The notes: generated from the sequence alone by a model not told the origin. Shown: positions 49,786-60,741, counted from the first letter of the stretch. The stretch: 64,000 bases of DNA from Nannocystales bacterium (GCA_050633305.1 JBOEGF010000006.1:106480-170479), one strand, 5' to 3'. Numbers and translations: made by a program.

Positions 49786-50604
49786 GTGTCGCTGACGTTT
49801 CGCAAAGTGGAGGGCCTCGGCAACGACTTCCTGCTGATCGACCGCACGGCGCTCCCCTGGGACGCCATCGAGGCCGAAGTCGCCGCGCTCCAACCCTTCG
49901 CTCCCGCGCTGTGCAATCGGCGGACCGGGGTTGGTGGCGACGGACTGCTGATCGTGGGCTCCGGGCCCGAGGGCACCGACGGCGCCATGCTGGTGATCAA
50001 CCACGACGGCTCGCGCCCGGAGATGTGCGGGAATGGGCTTCGATGTGTCGCCCAATCCCTGGCCGACCTTCGCGGACGCCACACGCTCGTCGTGCAGACC
50101 GACGCCGGCCCCAAGACCTGCGAGGTCACAGGCAGCGGTCGTCAGGTCGAGGTCGGTGTGAACATGGGACCGGGCCAGGACCTGGGCAGCCGGACCGTCG
50201 CGAGCGGCCGAACCTACCAAGCGGTGTCGATGGGCAACCCCCACGCGATCGCGTTCGTGGACGAAGACCCGCAGACGGTATGCCGCGCCGAAGGTCCCGC
50301 CGCCGAAATGGACGTCGTGTTCCCGGACCGAACCAACGTCGAGTTCGCACGCATGGCGGACGGCGGCATGACGCTGTGGGTTTGGGAGCGTGGGTGCGGG
50401 ATCACCCAGGCCTGCGGCACCGGTGCATGCGCGGCAGCATGCGCGGCGGTCTGGAGCGAGCGCCATGCGCCAGGAACTCCGCTGACCGTCGACCTCCCGG
50501 GCGGACGCCTGTGGATCACGGTCCCCGAGGACCGCAGCGCAGGTGTGCACATGCGGGGGCCCGCCCGCGTCGCCTTCGACGGCTCGATCGAGCTTCCGGA
50601 CTGA
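49786..50604 (+). CDS. dapF: Diaminopimelate epimerase
   Basis: GLGNDF, EMCGNG, SMGNPH, NVEF, ERGCGITQACGTG. Confidence 0.95.
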   Translation: MSLTFRKVEGLGNDFLLIDRTALPWDAIEAEVAALQPFAPALCNRRTGVGGDGLLIVGSGPEGTDGAMLVINHDGSRPEMCGNGLRCVAQSLADLRGRHTLVVQTDAGPKTCEVTGSGRQVEVGVNMGPGQDLGSRTVASGRTYQAVSMGNPHAIAFVDEDPQTVCRAEGPAAEMDVVFPDRTNVEFARMADGGMTLWVWERGCGITQACGTGACAAACAAVWSERHAPGTPLTVDLPGGRLWITVPEDRSAGVHMRGPARVAFDGSIELPD

Positions 50605-50625
50605 GCACCACGCAGGCACCACGCA

Positions 50626-50661
50626 AAAACGCCGCCGAGGGGAAACCCAAGGCGGCGTTCT
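50626..50661. terminator. Hairpin between convergent genes (probable terminator)
   Basis: aaaacgccgcc-gaggggaaacccaa-ggcggcgtt. Confidence 0.65.
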
Positions 50662-50676
50662 TGCGAGGCGCGGATG

Positions 50677-52320
50677 TCAGCAGCTGCAGGAGCCCTGAAC
50701 TTCGGCCTCTTCGACACAGAGGTCGTCCCACTCGGTCTCGCAGCAGAACGGGTCGGCCTCGCAGACGTCCGTGGCACATTCGCCGCAGCTGTCGTTGAGC
50801 GCCTCGCCGACGACACACTCGTCGTGGCATTCGACGCAGTACAGGTCGACTTCGTTGACGCAGGTCTCGTCCCACTCGGTCTCGCAGCAGTAGCTGTCGA
50901 CCGCACAGACCGCCTCAGCACAAGCTCCGCACATCGAGTCGAGCGGCGTACCGACCTCGTCGACCTCGTGCTCGCACATGCCACTGCCGCCGCCGCCGCC
51001 CAAGGAGCAGTCGCTCAACAGGTTCGGGCAAGGCACGCAGGCGCCATATCCGGCCGCGACCGGCTGGCAGAACATGTGAATCACGTGCTCACTGGGACCG
51101 AAGAGTTGATCGAGCAGCAGCGCGGTTGCGACGGCTCCCAAGGGGCCGAACGCATCGCCGGCCACGTCGTCGATGTCGAGGTCTTGGCAGTCGTTGTCCT
51201 CTTCACACGGGACACAGATGCCGCAGCTGATCGAGACGTCGTCGGTTCCCACCGTGAGCTCGGCGCAGCGAGCCATCGGGTACTCGACGATGGCGTCGTC
51301 GATCTCGTTGAAGCCGGTGAGGTCGCGAAGCAGCTCGCCGACGTTGTACTGGATGCCGATGCCGTCGCAGTCGCCGTCGTTCGAGCAGGCGTTCGTCACC
51401 TGGGAGAACGGCTCGGGCAGCACGACCACGCCGTCCCCGAGATCGGAGCAGCCCGACGCGGTCGGTCCACACTCTCCGCGGTCGTCGTTGATCGGCACGA
51501 TGCAGGTGGTGTTGTCGCCCTCGCACCCGGCACAGTCGTCGTCGACCTCGCAGCTACCCGGGCTCTGTCCAGGGATGCCGCACTGGGGAACGCAGACGCC
51601 TTGGTCGGTGCACAACAGGCCGTCGGGGCACGCGATGGGCACCGAACTGGTGTTGGAGCACTCGGCACACTGGTGGTTGTGGCACGCGTTTAGCGGCGTC
51701 GCGTCTTCGGCCGTCGTCGTGCACTCGCCACACTCGTCGTTGCTGCTGCACTCGTCGGGACACTTGGCGACACACTCGTTGCCGATGCAGATCTCCGTCG
51801 ACTGACAGGCATCCATCGCATCGCCGCGACACTGGACGCAGCTTCCTGCGGAGCAGATCTGATGGTCGGGATCGCAAGCGGCACAATCGGGGTCGTCGTT
51901 GCAGGTGATCGTCGGCTCGCCGTCCCCGTCGACGTCGCAGGTCAGCCCCTCGGGCACGCAGTCGCCAAACGCGGTGCACGACTCGCCAGCCTCGCAGCCG
52001 GAGCCCGTGTCGGGGTTGCAGGCCACGCAGCGCCGGTCTGGCACGTAACACGTGGTCTTTCCATCCGAACAGCCACCACACTCGAGGTCGGTCTCGCAGT
52101 TTTGCGCAAGGCAGATGTCGGAGGCGGTGTCGCCTTCGCTCTCGCTCTCGCTCTCGCCCTCGGTGTCGAAGGTGTCCCCATCGGACATGCTCGCAGCACT
52201 GTCCGTCGCGCCGAGCGTGTTCCCTCCCGGGCGGGCGCCATCGTCATCCGGACACCCGGTGAGGCCAAGGAGGAGAGCTACCCACGGTAGCGCGCGAACG
52301 TTCAAGGGTCCCATCGTCAT
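50677..52320 (-). CDS. Very Cys-rich acidic lipoprotein
   Basis: Lipobox LTGC; CxxDxxC repeats; two terminal C..VC..D.(Y/F)CCETEWD..CV repeats. Confidence 0.82.
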   Translation of the reverse strand: MTMGPLNVRALPWVALLLGLTGCPDDDGARPGGNTLGATDSAASMSDGDTFDTEGESESESEGDTASDICLAQNCETDLECGGCSDGKTTCYVPDRRCVACNPDTGSGCEAGESCTAFGDCVPEGLTCDVDGDGEPTITCNDDPDCAACDPDHQICSAGSCVQCRGDAMDACQSTEICIGNECVAKCPDECSSNDECGECTTTAEDATPLNACHNHQCAECSNTSSVPIACPDGLLCTDQGVCVPQCGIPGQSPGSCEVDDDCAGCEGDNTTCIVPINDDRGECGPTASGCSDLGDGVVVLPEPFSQVTNACSNDGDCDGIGIQYNVGELLRDLTGFNEIDDAIVEYPMARCAELTVGTDDVSISCGICVPCEEDNDCQDLDIDDVAGDAFGPLGAVATALLLDQLFGPSEHVIHMFCQPVAAGYGACVPCPNLLSDCSLGGGGGSGMCEHEVDEVGTPLDSMCGACAEAVCAVDSYCCETEWDETCVNEVDLYCVECHDECVVGEALNDSCGECATDVCEADPFCCETEWDDLCVEEAEVQGSCSC

Positions 52321-52461
52321 CACGTAATCCCGCGGAGTGCTCCGCGACGGCCCAGTGTACCTGGGAGCCGGAAACGAACAAAGGGAGCACCGACCGCAGT
52401 CGATACTCCCCAAGTTGAATGCCAGGGGACCCCTGAAGGTCTCCGCGGCGGCAGCGCGAGC

Positions 52462-53658
52462 CTAGCCCTGGCAGCCTTCGATTTCGCCGTCATCTCCACC
52501 GCGTGCGAGGCACGCTGCTGCCGCACGCTCGACGATGTCGAGGGTCGGGAGGTGGCAGGTTCCGTCCTGGTCGGTCTGGCTGATCCACTTGATGAGACCG
52601 GTCCGCCATGCCCAGAGCACCGCACCGCGAGCGCTGCTGCTGCTCTCGGAGAAGTCGTCGTTCCAGTTGAAGAAGCGTCCGCTCCAGTTGGTCTCGTCGC
52701 GAAGCGTGACCATCGACTCCGGAGGATCGGCCATGATGGCTTCGAAGCGAATGGCGCTTGCGCGCATGCACTTACGGCCGGCCTCGGTGCCCTCGCCGTA
52801 GCTGTAGGTGGGGTTGTGACCGCCCGCCCACTTCTGCCAGAACTCGGTCCCGCCCAAGCCGAAGCCGCTGTCGACGCTGGGGTAGCTGTACTCGATCGCG
52901 GGCCCACCGATGGTGACCGACTCGCGGTTCACATCGCGAGCCTGCGCGTAGTCGTCGACAGGCTCGTCGGGCTCGACGGGAGCTTCTTGGCCGCACTCGT
53001 AGCCGTCACACTGTGCGTCGAACTTGTAGCCGAAGTCGCCGACGAGGGAGTTGCCCACGCCCGAGTTGATGACGAATCCAAGGACGAGGAAGTTCGCTTG
53101 CGAAGCGTCGAAGCCGAGAACCGAAGTGGTCGAGCCGCCGGAGGAGTCCGAGCCGATCGTGATGGTGTTCTCCTCGACGTTGATGCTGGCCGTCTGGAAG
53201 TAGGTCGCGAGAACGCCTGCGGACTGCGCTTCGCCACCCTCGGGCTCATCGCCGTCCTCGAAGGTGCCTTCGCCCTCAACGGTGATGATCTCGTAGTAGT
53301 CGCCTGCGTCGCGCACGAGGAAGAACCGCATGTCGGTGCCTTCGTCGCCGCTGATGGTGACCTGCAGGCTGTCCTCGAACGCGGGGAGTTCGATGAGCGG
53401 AGCCTGAACCGACATGCGCTCGTCGGTGATGTCCGTGACGGTGGACTTGCCCTCTTGCGTTTCGGGGCCGTAGGCGACGATCTCGGTGGCCTGCGGTCCG
53501 ACCTGCCGGCCGGCGAGCGCATCGGCCTTGCCCGAGGCGTCGGTGCTGTCATTGAGAGCGACTGAACCGAGTTCACCGTCAGCGTTGGCTTCGGAGGAGT
53601 CGGAGTCACAAGCGAGAACGCTCAAGCTGAGGGCGACGAGGAGTGCGGTGTTCTTCAT
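52462..53658 (-). CDS. Hypothetical lipoprotein with GKAD motif and Trp-rich C-terminal domain
   Basis: Lipobox VLAC; DASGKAD; EFWQKW, FFNWND, LWAWRTGLIKWISQ. Confidence 0.8.
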   Translation of the reverse strand: MKNTALLVALSLSVLACDSDSSEANADGELGSVALNDSTDASGKADALAGRQVGPQATEIVAYGPETQEGKSTVTDITDERMSVQAPLIELPAFEDSLQVTISGDEGTDMRFFLVRDAGDYYEIITVEGEGTFEDGDEPEGGEAQSAGVLATYFQTASINVEENTITIGSDSSGGSTTSVLGFDASQANFLVLGFVINSGVGNSLVGDFGYKFDAQCDGYECGQEAPVEPDEPVDDYAQARDVNRESVTIGGPAIEYSYPSVDSGFGLGGTEFWQKWAGGHNPTYSYGEGTEAGRKCMRASAIRFEAIMADPPESMVTLRDETNWSGRFFNWNDDFSESSSSARGAVLWAWRTGLIKWISQTDQDGTCHLPTLDIVERAAAACLARGGDDGEIEGCQG

Positions 53659-53849
53659 GACAGTCTCGATTCTCGTAGGTTCGTGTAGGACGTGTGGGTA
53701 TTTGTACGGGCGTCGTTCCCGCGCGTCAACCGGAGTTCGACGTGAAAGTCAAAAAATCTACAGGTGCGACTTCGCGCGAACGGCCCTTGATGGGGTCGTA
53801 GCAGGGCGGAATGCGCGAATTGTGGTCTCAGCGGCCGGGGATCCGCCGG

Positions 53850-56312
53850 TTACTCGATCTCAGGGTCGGCGAACGTCGCGGACAGGTACGCCATGAGATC
53901 CGTCAACTGCTGGTCCTCGAGGTCGGTCCATGCCGGCATGCCGCCGCGGCCTTCGACGATCGTGTAGAGCAGCTCCCACTGGGTCTTCGCCGCGAACCGG
54001 GACTCGAGGTTGGGACCAAAGCCGCCCTCCCCCTGGTCGCCGTGACAGTCGGTGCAGGTCTGGGACTCTGTGGCGGCCCGGAACACCGCCTCGCCAGCCG
54101 CAACATCGCCGTCGCCTTTGAGGATGCCCTCGAGGCGGTCCCAGCGGCCGTCGGTCACGTTCTCGAACTCGACCTCTTTGCGCATGAGCTCGGTGAGGTC
54201 ATCCATGCGGCTGAACGCCCACGAGTAGTCGGTCGCAAACGTGTCGCGTCGGCGGATCCGACCGTTGGCCGGGAAGCGGTTGGTCTCGGTGATCGAAGAG
54301 TCTTCGGTCGCGATGACCGACTCGAGGACGAAGTCGGAACCGTCGGGGTACTCGCGGGTCCCCGCGTGCTGGTGACAGCCGATGCAGTTCGTCCGCGCGT
54401 TGCCTGCCCCGTGCTCGATGTACGGGTTGCTGCACCACGTCGGTGCCCCTTCCCCGTCTGCCGAGGCAGCGAGCGCGGCGGCCAAGCTCGGGTGGTCGCC
54501 ATAGCGACCGGCGGGGTCGGCATCCCCCTCGATGTAGTCGACCGCGACACACATCTTGTAGTTCGACCAGGCCGAGTCGAGGGATGAGAACGCCTCGGGA
54601 CGGTCGGCACCGAAGTCATCGTTGGGCGTGTCGCTCCACCACAGCGTGACCCAGACCCAGTGCCGGGCCTCCTTGGTCATCACGTGCATGCCGGTGAGGC
54701 GATACATCGAGCCGCCCCGGGTTTGAATCGTGTAGATGTCGTCGGGCGTCGGGAACGGGATGTCCGCGATCGTCTGAGGCACCTCGGGAGGCGAGAGGTA
54801 CTTGTTGTCGCCCTCGGGGCTCCACAGCGCGTTGGCCCCCTCCCCGATGCGACGCTCGAGCGCCTCGGCGCTGGTGTCGTACGCGGGCAATGCAAAGTCG
54901 AACCCGACGCGGCTCCACGTCAGCTTGACGACCGCGGTCCCGCCCAGCGCAGGCAAGCCCATCGCCTCGAACGGATGGCCGCCGTCGGCGGGGAACTCGG
55001 ATGCGAAGCAGGTCGAGAAGTTCTCCGGGTCCTCGCCGGAGTCGCACTCTTCCCCCGGCGCGCACCAAGTGCCGGAGAGGCCGTCGTCGGCGCAGTCGAG
55101 CACTTGCGCGTAGTTCTCCACCATATGGTGGGTCATCGCCGGGGTGTACATGATGCGCGCGATGCCGCCGCCCGCCGCTCCGGCGCCCGAGAACTGACTC
55201 TGGCGTTGCAGGGCGCAACGGTCTTCGTAGGCCTCGTCCGCCTCGTCGACCATCTGCTCAAGCTCACAGCCGAACAGCTGGTCCACCGCCTTTGTGTAGC
55301 GCCGCAGCGGCCAGCTGCTGAGGCGGTCCTTCTTGGTGTTGTTGTCGAAGAAGGCATTCGCGATCAGTTGCTCGCTCAGGGGCGCGCGGACGAATTTCTC
55401 TTCGTCGGACAGCTGGTCGTACGCCTTCTTGAAGATGTGGGTGATGTCCTCGATGCCGTACCAAGTCTGGAACCGCGGGACTGTGGGGATCTCGGAGCCG
55501 TCGTCGAGCGAGAGGTTGTCGCAGACCGGAGCGCACACCGCCTCAGCGCTGCTCTGTCCATCGCCCGAGCCCTCAACGAGCTCGGCGTACCCTTGGGCGA
55601 GCGCGTACTCGGCGAGTCGCACGAGCGCGGTTTGGCCCACGTAGCCAATGTCGTCGAGCTCGGAGATCGAGTCGATGCTGTCGTCGTCGGCCGTCCCCGC
55701 GATGCCGTCCACACCGTCGCGATGCGCAATGATGTTGGTGGCGGCGCGCACGTCCAGGCGGGCGTCGAGGTCGAGCTCGTCCAGGTCCACCGCTGCGTCG
55801 TTGACCAGCAGGAGGATCGCCTTGTCTTCGTCCGACTCCGCATCGACGGCAGCGTTGGGGTCGCCCCAGCTACACACGTTGTGTCCGCCCGACTGCACGC
55901 CTCCGCACTCCGAGGCGGTCGTCTTCCGACTACAAGAGTCCAGGTCGCGGTCGATGACTCCGTCGGGACAGTCTGGAAGCGCCGCAAGTTGGTCGGCGAG
56001 TCCGAGCAGAGGCACCGGCTCCATCGCCTTGAGTGCGACCTGCCAGCCGAAGTCTCGGCGCGCACGCATGTTGGTTTCGAGTTCGTTCTCGAAGTCCGCT
56101 TGCAGCGCGCGTGGGTCGGTCGGGTACCCGTTGGGTGGTCCGACCAGGGAGCGACCAAACGCGTCTTCCTTGCCCGACGCGGCGTCGTCCACTGGAAAGC
56201 CCAATCCCCCCGCCTCTGCGTCTTGTTCCGACGTGGTGCAGGCCCCGACCGTCAGGGCAAGTCCGACGAGAAAGGTGAACGTGAGCGGGCGAGTCAACGC
56301 AGTGTGAGTCAT
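53850..56312 (-). CDS. Diheme c-type cytochrome lipoprotein
   Basis: Start ATG 56312; lipobox VGAC; CIGCH; C-terminal class I cytochrome c domain (GEAVF...CTDCH...GPNL...GMPAW). Confidence 0.85.
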   Translation of the reverse strand: MTHTALTRPLTFTFLVGLALTVGACTTSEQDAEAGGLGFPVDDAASGKEDAFGRSLVGPPNGYPTDPRALQADFENELETNMRARRDFGWQVALKAMEPVPLLGLADQLAALPDCPDGVIDRDLDSCSRKTTASECGGVQSGGHNVCSWGDPNAAVDAESDEDKAILLLVNDAAVDLDELDLDARLDVRAATNIIAHRDGVDGIAGTADDDSIDSISELDDIGYVGQTALVRLAEYALAQGYAELVEGSGDGQSSAEAVCAPVCDNLSLDDGSEIPTVPRFQTWYGIEDITHIFKKAYDQLSDEEKFVRAPLSEQLIANAFFDNNTKKDRLSSWPLRRYTKAVDQLFGCELEQMVDEADEAYEDRCALQRQSQFSGAGAAGGGIARIMYTPAMTHHMVENYAQVLDCADDGLSGTWCAPGEECDSGEDPENFSTCFASEFPADGGHPFEAMGLPALGGTAVVKLTWSRVGFDFALPAYDTSAEALERRIGEGANALWSPEGDNKYLSPPEVPQTIADIPFPTPDDIYTIQTRGGSMYRLTGMHVMTKEARHWVWVTLWWSDTPNDDFGADRPEAFSSLDSAWSNYKMCVAVDYIEGDADPAGRYGDHPSLAAALAASADGEGAPTWCSNPYIEHGAGNARTNCIGCHQHAGTREYPDGSDFVLESVIATEDSSITETNRFPANGRIRRRDTFATDYSWAFSRMDDLTELMRKEVEFENVTDGRWDRLEGILKGDGDVAAGEAVFRAATESQTCTDCHGDQGEGGFGPNLESRFAAKTQWELLYTIVEGRGGMPAWTDLEDQQLTDLMAYLSATFADPEIE

Positions 56313-56336
56313 GAGATTAGGCCTGGGGGTCGAAGA

Positions 56337-56361
56337 AGCCCCGGCACGACGGCCGGGGCTC
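56337..56361 (-). terminator. Intergenic hairpin (terminator or processing site)
   Basis: agccccggc-acgacg-gccggggct followed by TCTT on the minus strand. Confidence 0.5.
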
Positions 56362-56407
56362 GTAAGCATCATTGCAGCGCGTCTGCGCGTTGCCGAACGC
56401 GCGTCTG

Positions 56408-59400
56408 CTAGTTGCAGGTCGCGTTGTTGCTCGAGTTGATCTCTTCGCAGCTCTCTTCCGCACAGTATCCAGAACCGGTGCAGTACTCGCAGACGTCGGA
56501 GCCCGATCCGCTGCAGTCGGGGTCAGCCACGCCACAGCCGCAGTCGCAGCCGTCGTTTGAGCCGAAGTACCCCGCGGGGCAGTTCCAGCCATCCGGGACG
56601 CTGTCCTCGCCGGATCCACCGCCACTGGCACCGCCATCACCCTCGACACAGGTGGTGTTGTCGGTCGGGTTGATCTGTTCGCAACCGTTGACCGCGCAGC
56701 TTCCCGTGTCGGTGCAGTATTGGCAGACGCTGGCCTCCGATCCATCGCAGTCGGGGTCGGCCACAGCGCAACCGCAGTCGCAGCCATCCGCGGAGCCGTA
56801 GTACTCCGCGGGACAGGTCCACTGCTCGGGCACGCCTCCGTCGCCACTGCCGGGGTCACCGCCGCCACCGCCGGGGTCACCGCCGCCGCCGCCGGGGTCA
56901 CCGCCGCCGCCGCCGGGGTCGCTCTGGCCGTCCCAGGGCGTTGCCGTGCCTTCGCAGGTCCCCTCGTCGAGGCAGTCGAGGAACAGCGCCGAGTTGATCG
57001 CCATCGCAGCGTCGCCACCCGCACCGGTGGTGAGGAAGTAGATCCAGCCGTCGCTACGGAAGTGCGGGAACAGGGCCTTGGTGTCGGCCGGCATGTCCGT
57101 GACGCGGTAGACGTTGTTCGTCACCAAGTCGGTGAGGAATAGGTTCGCCGTGCCCCCCTCGTAGTGGTGCGTGATCGCGTAGCGCTCGTCGAAGCTGATG
57201 TTCGACTTGGCTCCCGGCGAGCAGATGAAGCGCACCGGCTCGTTGATGCGGATGTCGTAGCTTCCGCCCGAGGGGTTGGCGACGACGCGGCGCACCATGT
57301 GACCGAGTGCGGAGCCGTCGGGGCCCGCGAACCGGCTGACCACCAAGCGGCCCGACGGCGAGAGGACCGAGTCCCCTTCGTACGGCGACGCCACGTCGAC
57401 CGAGTCTTTCTGATCCCAGTCCTGGCCGTCGAAGACCAGCGGGCTGAACTTCATCGCCGAGCCCTCCCCGAAGCCTGCGGTCGGGTCGGCGTTGCCCGAA
57501 CCGGAGTCCGAGGTGAACTGCGAGTTGATGATGAAGTAGTCGCCCCGCAGGTCGACCGCGACATGCTGGTACAGGTTGATGCCACTGGCTTCGGTGCAAC
57601 CGGGCTCCGTGAAGTCGATCCCGTCCTCGTAGAGCGCTGGGTTGGTGAGCACCGACTGGCTGCACAGGCCTGCGCCGCCTTGCATGATGAAGCCGTCGTT
57701 GTTCGGGAAGAAGCCCGGGTCGTACGATCCGCGCACACCAATGTTGCGGTCCGCGACGAGGTCCGTGATGGTCGAGCCGTAGCCCGACACCGAGCCTCCG
57801 CCGTTGCCGACGAAACGACCGTCAGCGCTGGAGCGCATCCAGAAGCTGGTGCTGAACTCGAAGTCCCGCAGCCGGACGACCTTGGTGCCGGACACCGAGT
57901 TGTCGGCGATTTCGACCTCTTCGAAGCCGCCAAAGCAGTCGATGCCCTCGCCGTTGTCGCAACCGTACATGTTGATGCCGGCCTCGACGTTGTTGGCGTG
58001 CCACCCCTCGAACTCCATGTCCTCGAGGTGCGTCTGGAACCAGTTGTCGTTGGCTGGGATTCCGTTGTTGCCCAGCCCCGCGAACGCAGCGACATCGGCA
58101 CACGTCTCTGGACGCGGTGCCTCGGGCATGACCGCCGTGAGGTGGTTGAGGTCTTCGTCGACGAACCACTTGACGACCGTGGCGAACTCTTCCGCGGTGA
58201 ACGGAGGGTGGCTGCCCTTGGGCATGCTGACCCGAGCGACGAAGCCCGCGTACTGAACCGCGCCTTGGCCGTCGAAGGCCTTGTCGAACAGCTTGCGGAA
58301 GTACGGGAACTGAACGCCCGCGGTGAAGACACCGAGGTTGGCCGCTGCGAACACCGAGTCCGGGTTCTCCGGAACCTTGCGCATGAAGTTGACGATGTCC
58401 ATCGCCTGCTCCTGGGTGTACTCGTCCGGGTCCTCGTCGAGGTTGATACCCGCGGAGCGTGCGGAGAGTGTGCGCTCCTGCCACTCCGTCATCCCAAACC
58501 GGGAGATCGGGTGGCACTCGGCGCAGCGCTTGGTCTGCTCGACCTCGTTGTTGTTCTCGTCGAGGTACCGAGCACCGATGGCCGCGAGCGCAGCACGTGC
58601 GAGCGGCTCGCCGGTGGTGTCGATGGTGGGCAGCTCGGTCGGATCGCCCGGCTCGGTCGGGGCGTCTTCCCAGATGCAGGCCGCATTCTCGGGGTTGCTT
58701 GCGCACTCAAGGATGAACTCAAGCGCCGCGGCGTACTCCGAGTTCTCCCAGTCGTCCTCGTTGAGGACTTCGCCCGCATTCGGGGGCATCCAGAACACGT
58801 CGTCAAAGCCCTGGTGGGAGTCGGTCACTTTCTGCGCCCAGTTTGCGTCCTCGCCGACCAAGCGGTTGGCCCAAGGAGCATTCCCGCACGCGAACCCGAC
58901 GCAGCCCTCGCCGTTGTCGCCGCTGACGGTCCCGTTGTACCAAGTGCTGTTGGTGGCGGCATGGCACTTGGTGCATGCAGAAGCCTCCTCGGACACGAGG
59001 CGGCGGGGAGCGTTCCACCCCTGGTCGTCTTGGTCGAGGAGCGAGTACGGGCGGTTGTAGCCCTCGACGTAATCCGGGTGCTCTCCGATCTTCGGCACCA
59101 CGCTCGTGCCGTCCGGGTTCTTCGCCGTGAGTATCCAAGGCGTATTGACATACGCGTCTGCGGCGTGACAGCCCCGGCACTTGATGCCGCTGTTCGCACC
59201 GCCCTGCGGAGCAGGCATCCACACGCTGTCGCCGACCCCGGAGATCTCCGAGTCGACAGTGTCACCTGGCCAGACGACCTGCGTGCCGTCTGAGGACCGG
59301 GTGAGGTTGCTGTTGCTACCGTCGAGGTGGTTCTGGAAGAAGCAGGTCTTCCCGGTGAACGGGTTGTTCCCGATCATCGCGATGTCGTTGTAGCGCCCCT

Positions 59401-60214
59401 CGTCGTTGAGTGACTTGCGGCAAAGAAGGACCCAAGTGCTGCCTTGGTCGTTCTGAGCGCTCTGTACGCGGGGTCCGTTGGCTCCCGTGCGGGCGTCGGG
59501 CTCGCAGTGGCTGTAGATGTACTGCGGCTCATCGCATTTATCGACGTAGCTGTCGGCTGGCTCTCCGTCGACGTTCGTCTGGATAGGCACGCCGTTGAGG
59601 CAGCTGGCCATCTCGTAGTCGCCGGGGCTCCCTTCCACCGCCTTGAACAGCGGGTTGGGGCCGAGTTCCTCCTCGCAAGCCTGGGCGTAGGCGGAGTTGG
59701 ACACGATGCGAACGCCGTCGTCGTCGGCGTCGAACTTGCCGTCCGCCCCGACACGGTCGAGGGCTTGCTGAAGGCTGTACCGAGCTTGATGCAGAACCTC
59801 GCCGCTCTTCTCGATGCACACGTCCACGAAGAACGTGTTCGACAGACGCAGCTGAAGTTCTTCATCGGTCTCGCCGGAGAGTGCAGCAGGCGTGCTCGGG
59901 TCTTCGAACATCTGCTCCGTGACCGCTTCGCCCCCGTAGACCAGGTCGCCGCGTCCGTCAAAAGCCGGAATGTCTGCAACCATCGCTCCGCAATCGAGGG
60001 TCGCCCCATCGGCCAGCGACCGGACCCGGGCATGGACCGTCTCACCGCCGCCAAGCTCCCGGTTGAGCACCACAACCACCTCCGAGCGCGCCTCGTCGAA
60101 GCCCAGCTGGCTCTCGAGCGGACCGCCGCCCCCGCTATCGTTTCCGCATGCAGCGGCCGTCGACAAGAGGCCAAGGCCAGCGATCACTTTGATGGACGTG
60201 TGGAGCGTGGACAT
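56408..60214 (-). CDS. Large triheme c-type cytochrome lipoprotein with TolB-like beta-propeller and Cys-rich tail
   Basis: Lipobox AAAC; CRGCH, CTKCH, CAECH; SADGRF, SPSGRL, SFDERY and RSDGW blade motifs; two CDCGC.VADPDC repeats. Confidence 0.85.
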   Translation of the reverse strand: MSTLHTSIKVIAGLGLLSTAAACGNDSGGGGPLESQLGFDEARSEVVVVLNRELGGGETVHARVRSLADGATLDCGAMVADIPAFDGRGDLVYGGEAVTEQMFEDPSTPAALSGETDEELQLRLSNTFFVDVCIEKSGEVLHQARYSLQQALDRVGADGKFDADDDGVRIVSNSAYAQACEEELGPNPLFKAVEGSPGDYEMASCLNGVPIQTNVDGEPADSYVDKCDEPQYIYSHCEPDARTGANGPRVQSAQNDQGSTWVLLCRKSLNDEGRYNDIAMIGNNPFTGKTCFFQNHLDGSNSNLTRSSDGTQVVWPGDTVDSEISGVGDSVWMPAPQGGANSGIKCRGCHAADAYVNTPWILTAKNPDGTSVVPKIGEHPDYVEGYNRPYSLLDQDDQGWNAPRRLVSEEASACTKCHAATNSTWYNGTVSGDNGEGCVGFACGNAPWANRLVGEDANWAQKVTDSHQGFDDVFWMPPNAGEVLNEDDWENSEYAAALEFILECASNPENAACIWEDAPTEPGDPTELPTIDTTGEPLARAALAAIGARYLDENNNEVEQTKRCAECHPISRFGMTEWQERTLSARSAGINLDEDPDEYTQEQAMDIVNFMRKVPENPDSVFAAANLGVFTAGVQFPYFRKLFDKAFDGQGAVQYAGFVARVSMPKGSHPPFTAEEFATVVKWFVDEDLNHLTAVMPEAPRPETCADVAAFAGLGNNGIPANDNWFQTHLEDMEFEGWHANNVEAGINMYGCDNGEGIDCFGGFEEVEIADNSVSGTKVVRLRDFEFSTSFWMRSSADGRFVGNGGGSVSGYGSTITDLVADRNIGVRGSYDPGFFPNNDGFIMQGGAGLCSQSVLTNPALYEDGIDFTEPGCTEASGINLYQHVAVDLRGDYFIINSQFTSDSGSGNADPTAGFGEGSAMKFSPLVFDGQDWDQKDSVDVASPYEGDSVLSPSGRLVVSRFAGPDGSALGHMVRRVVANPSGGSYDIRINEPVRFICSPGAKSNISFDERYAITHHYEGGTANLFLTDLVTNNVYRVTDMPADTKALFPHFRSDGWIYFLTTGAGGDAAMAINSALFLDCLDEGTCEGTATPWDGQSDPGGGGGDPGGGGGDPGGGGGDPGSGDGGVPEQWTCPAEYYGSADGCDCGCAVADPDCDGSEASVCQYCTDTGSCAVNGCEQINPTDNTTCVEGDGGASGGGSGEDSVPDGWNCPAGYFGSNDGCDCGCGVADPDCSGSGSDVCEYCTGSGYCAEESCEEINSSNNATCN
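56849..56920 (-). repeat. 21-bp tandem repeat encoding (DPGGGGG)x3
   Basis: gccggggtcaccgccgcc(a/g)cc x3.4. Confidence 0.92.
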
Positions 60215-60707
60215 GAAATTTCTTCTATTCGCAGGAGCGGGTAACAGAGGTGCGTAGAAACTCGACCAACCGTGCGGAGATACCGCCAGGCGCAGGTAGG
60301 ATACGGCCGTACAGCGGCGACCGTCAACCTACGTCGTCACCCTCAAAAGCGGAGGGATACGCGCCGACCTTCGCATGAGCGGAGACAGGCGTCAATCCGG
60401 CTCAATTTCCAACACTTACGCCTAGTGCATGTCGGAGAGAAGGAGACCTCAGCCGGCGGACGGGGTCGGCTCAAGATGCAACTTTTACGCAGCCAGCCGG
60501 CCCGCAGAGCATGCGCCCCCCCCGCATCGCGGAGGAGCCGCCGGCCGAGGCCAAGGCGTTTCCTGACAGTGGCGCTTTCGCGCCTTCCGTAAGCTCAGGG
60601 CAATGCCTACCTACGGAGCCACAACGGAGAGGCTGATTCACGAGGAGACAGAGAGACGGTGGCACAACTACTCAACGGCCGCGAAAACCTGACCTCGTCC
60701 AACCACG

Positions 60708-60741
60708 AAAAAGGGGGCCGCGCAAAGCGCCGGCCCCCTTC
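60708..60741 (-). terminator. Intrinsic terminator after the upstream paralog
   Basis: aaaaagggggccg-cgcaaagcgc-cggcccccttc; T tract on the minus strand. Confidence 0.8.
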
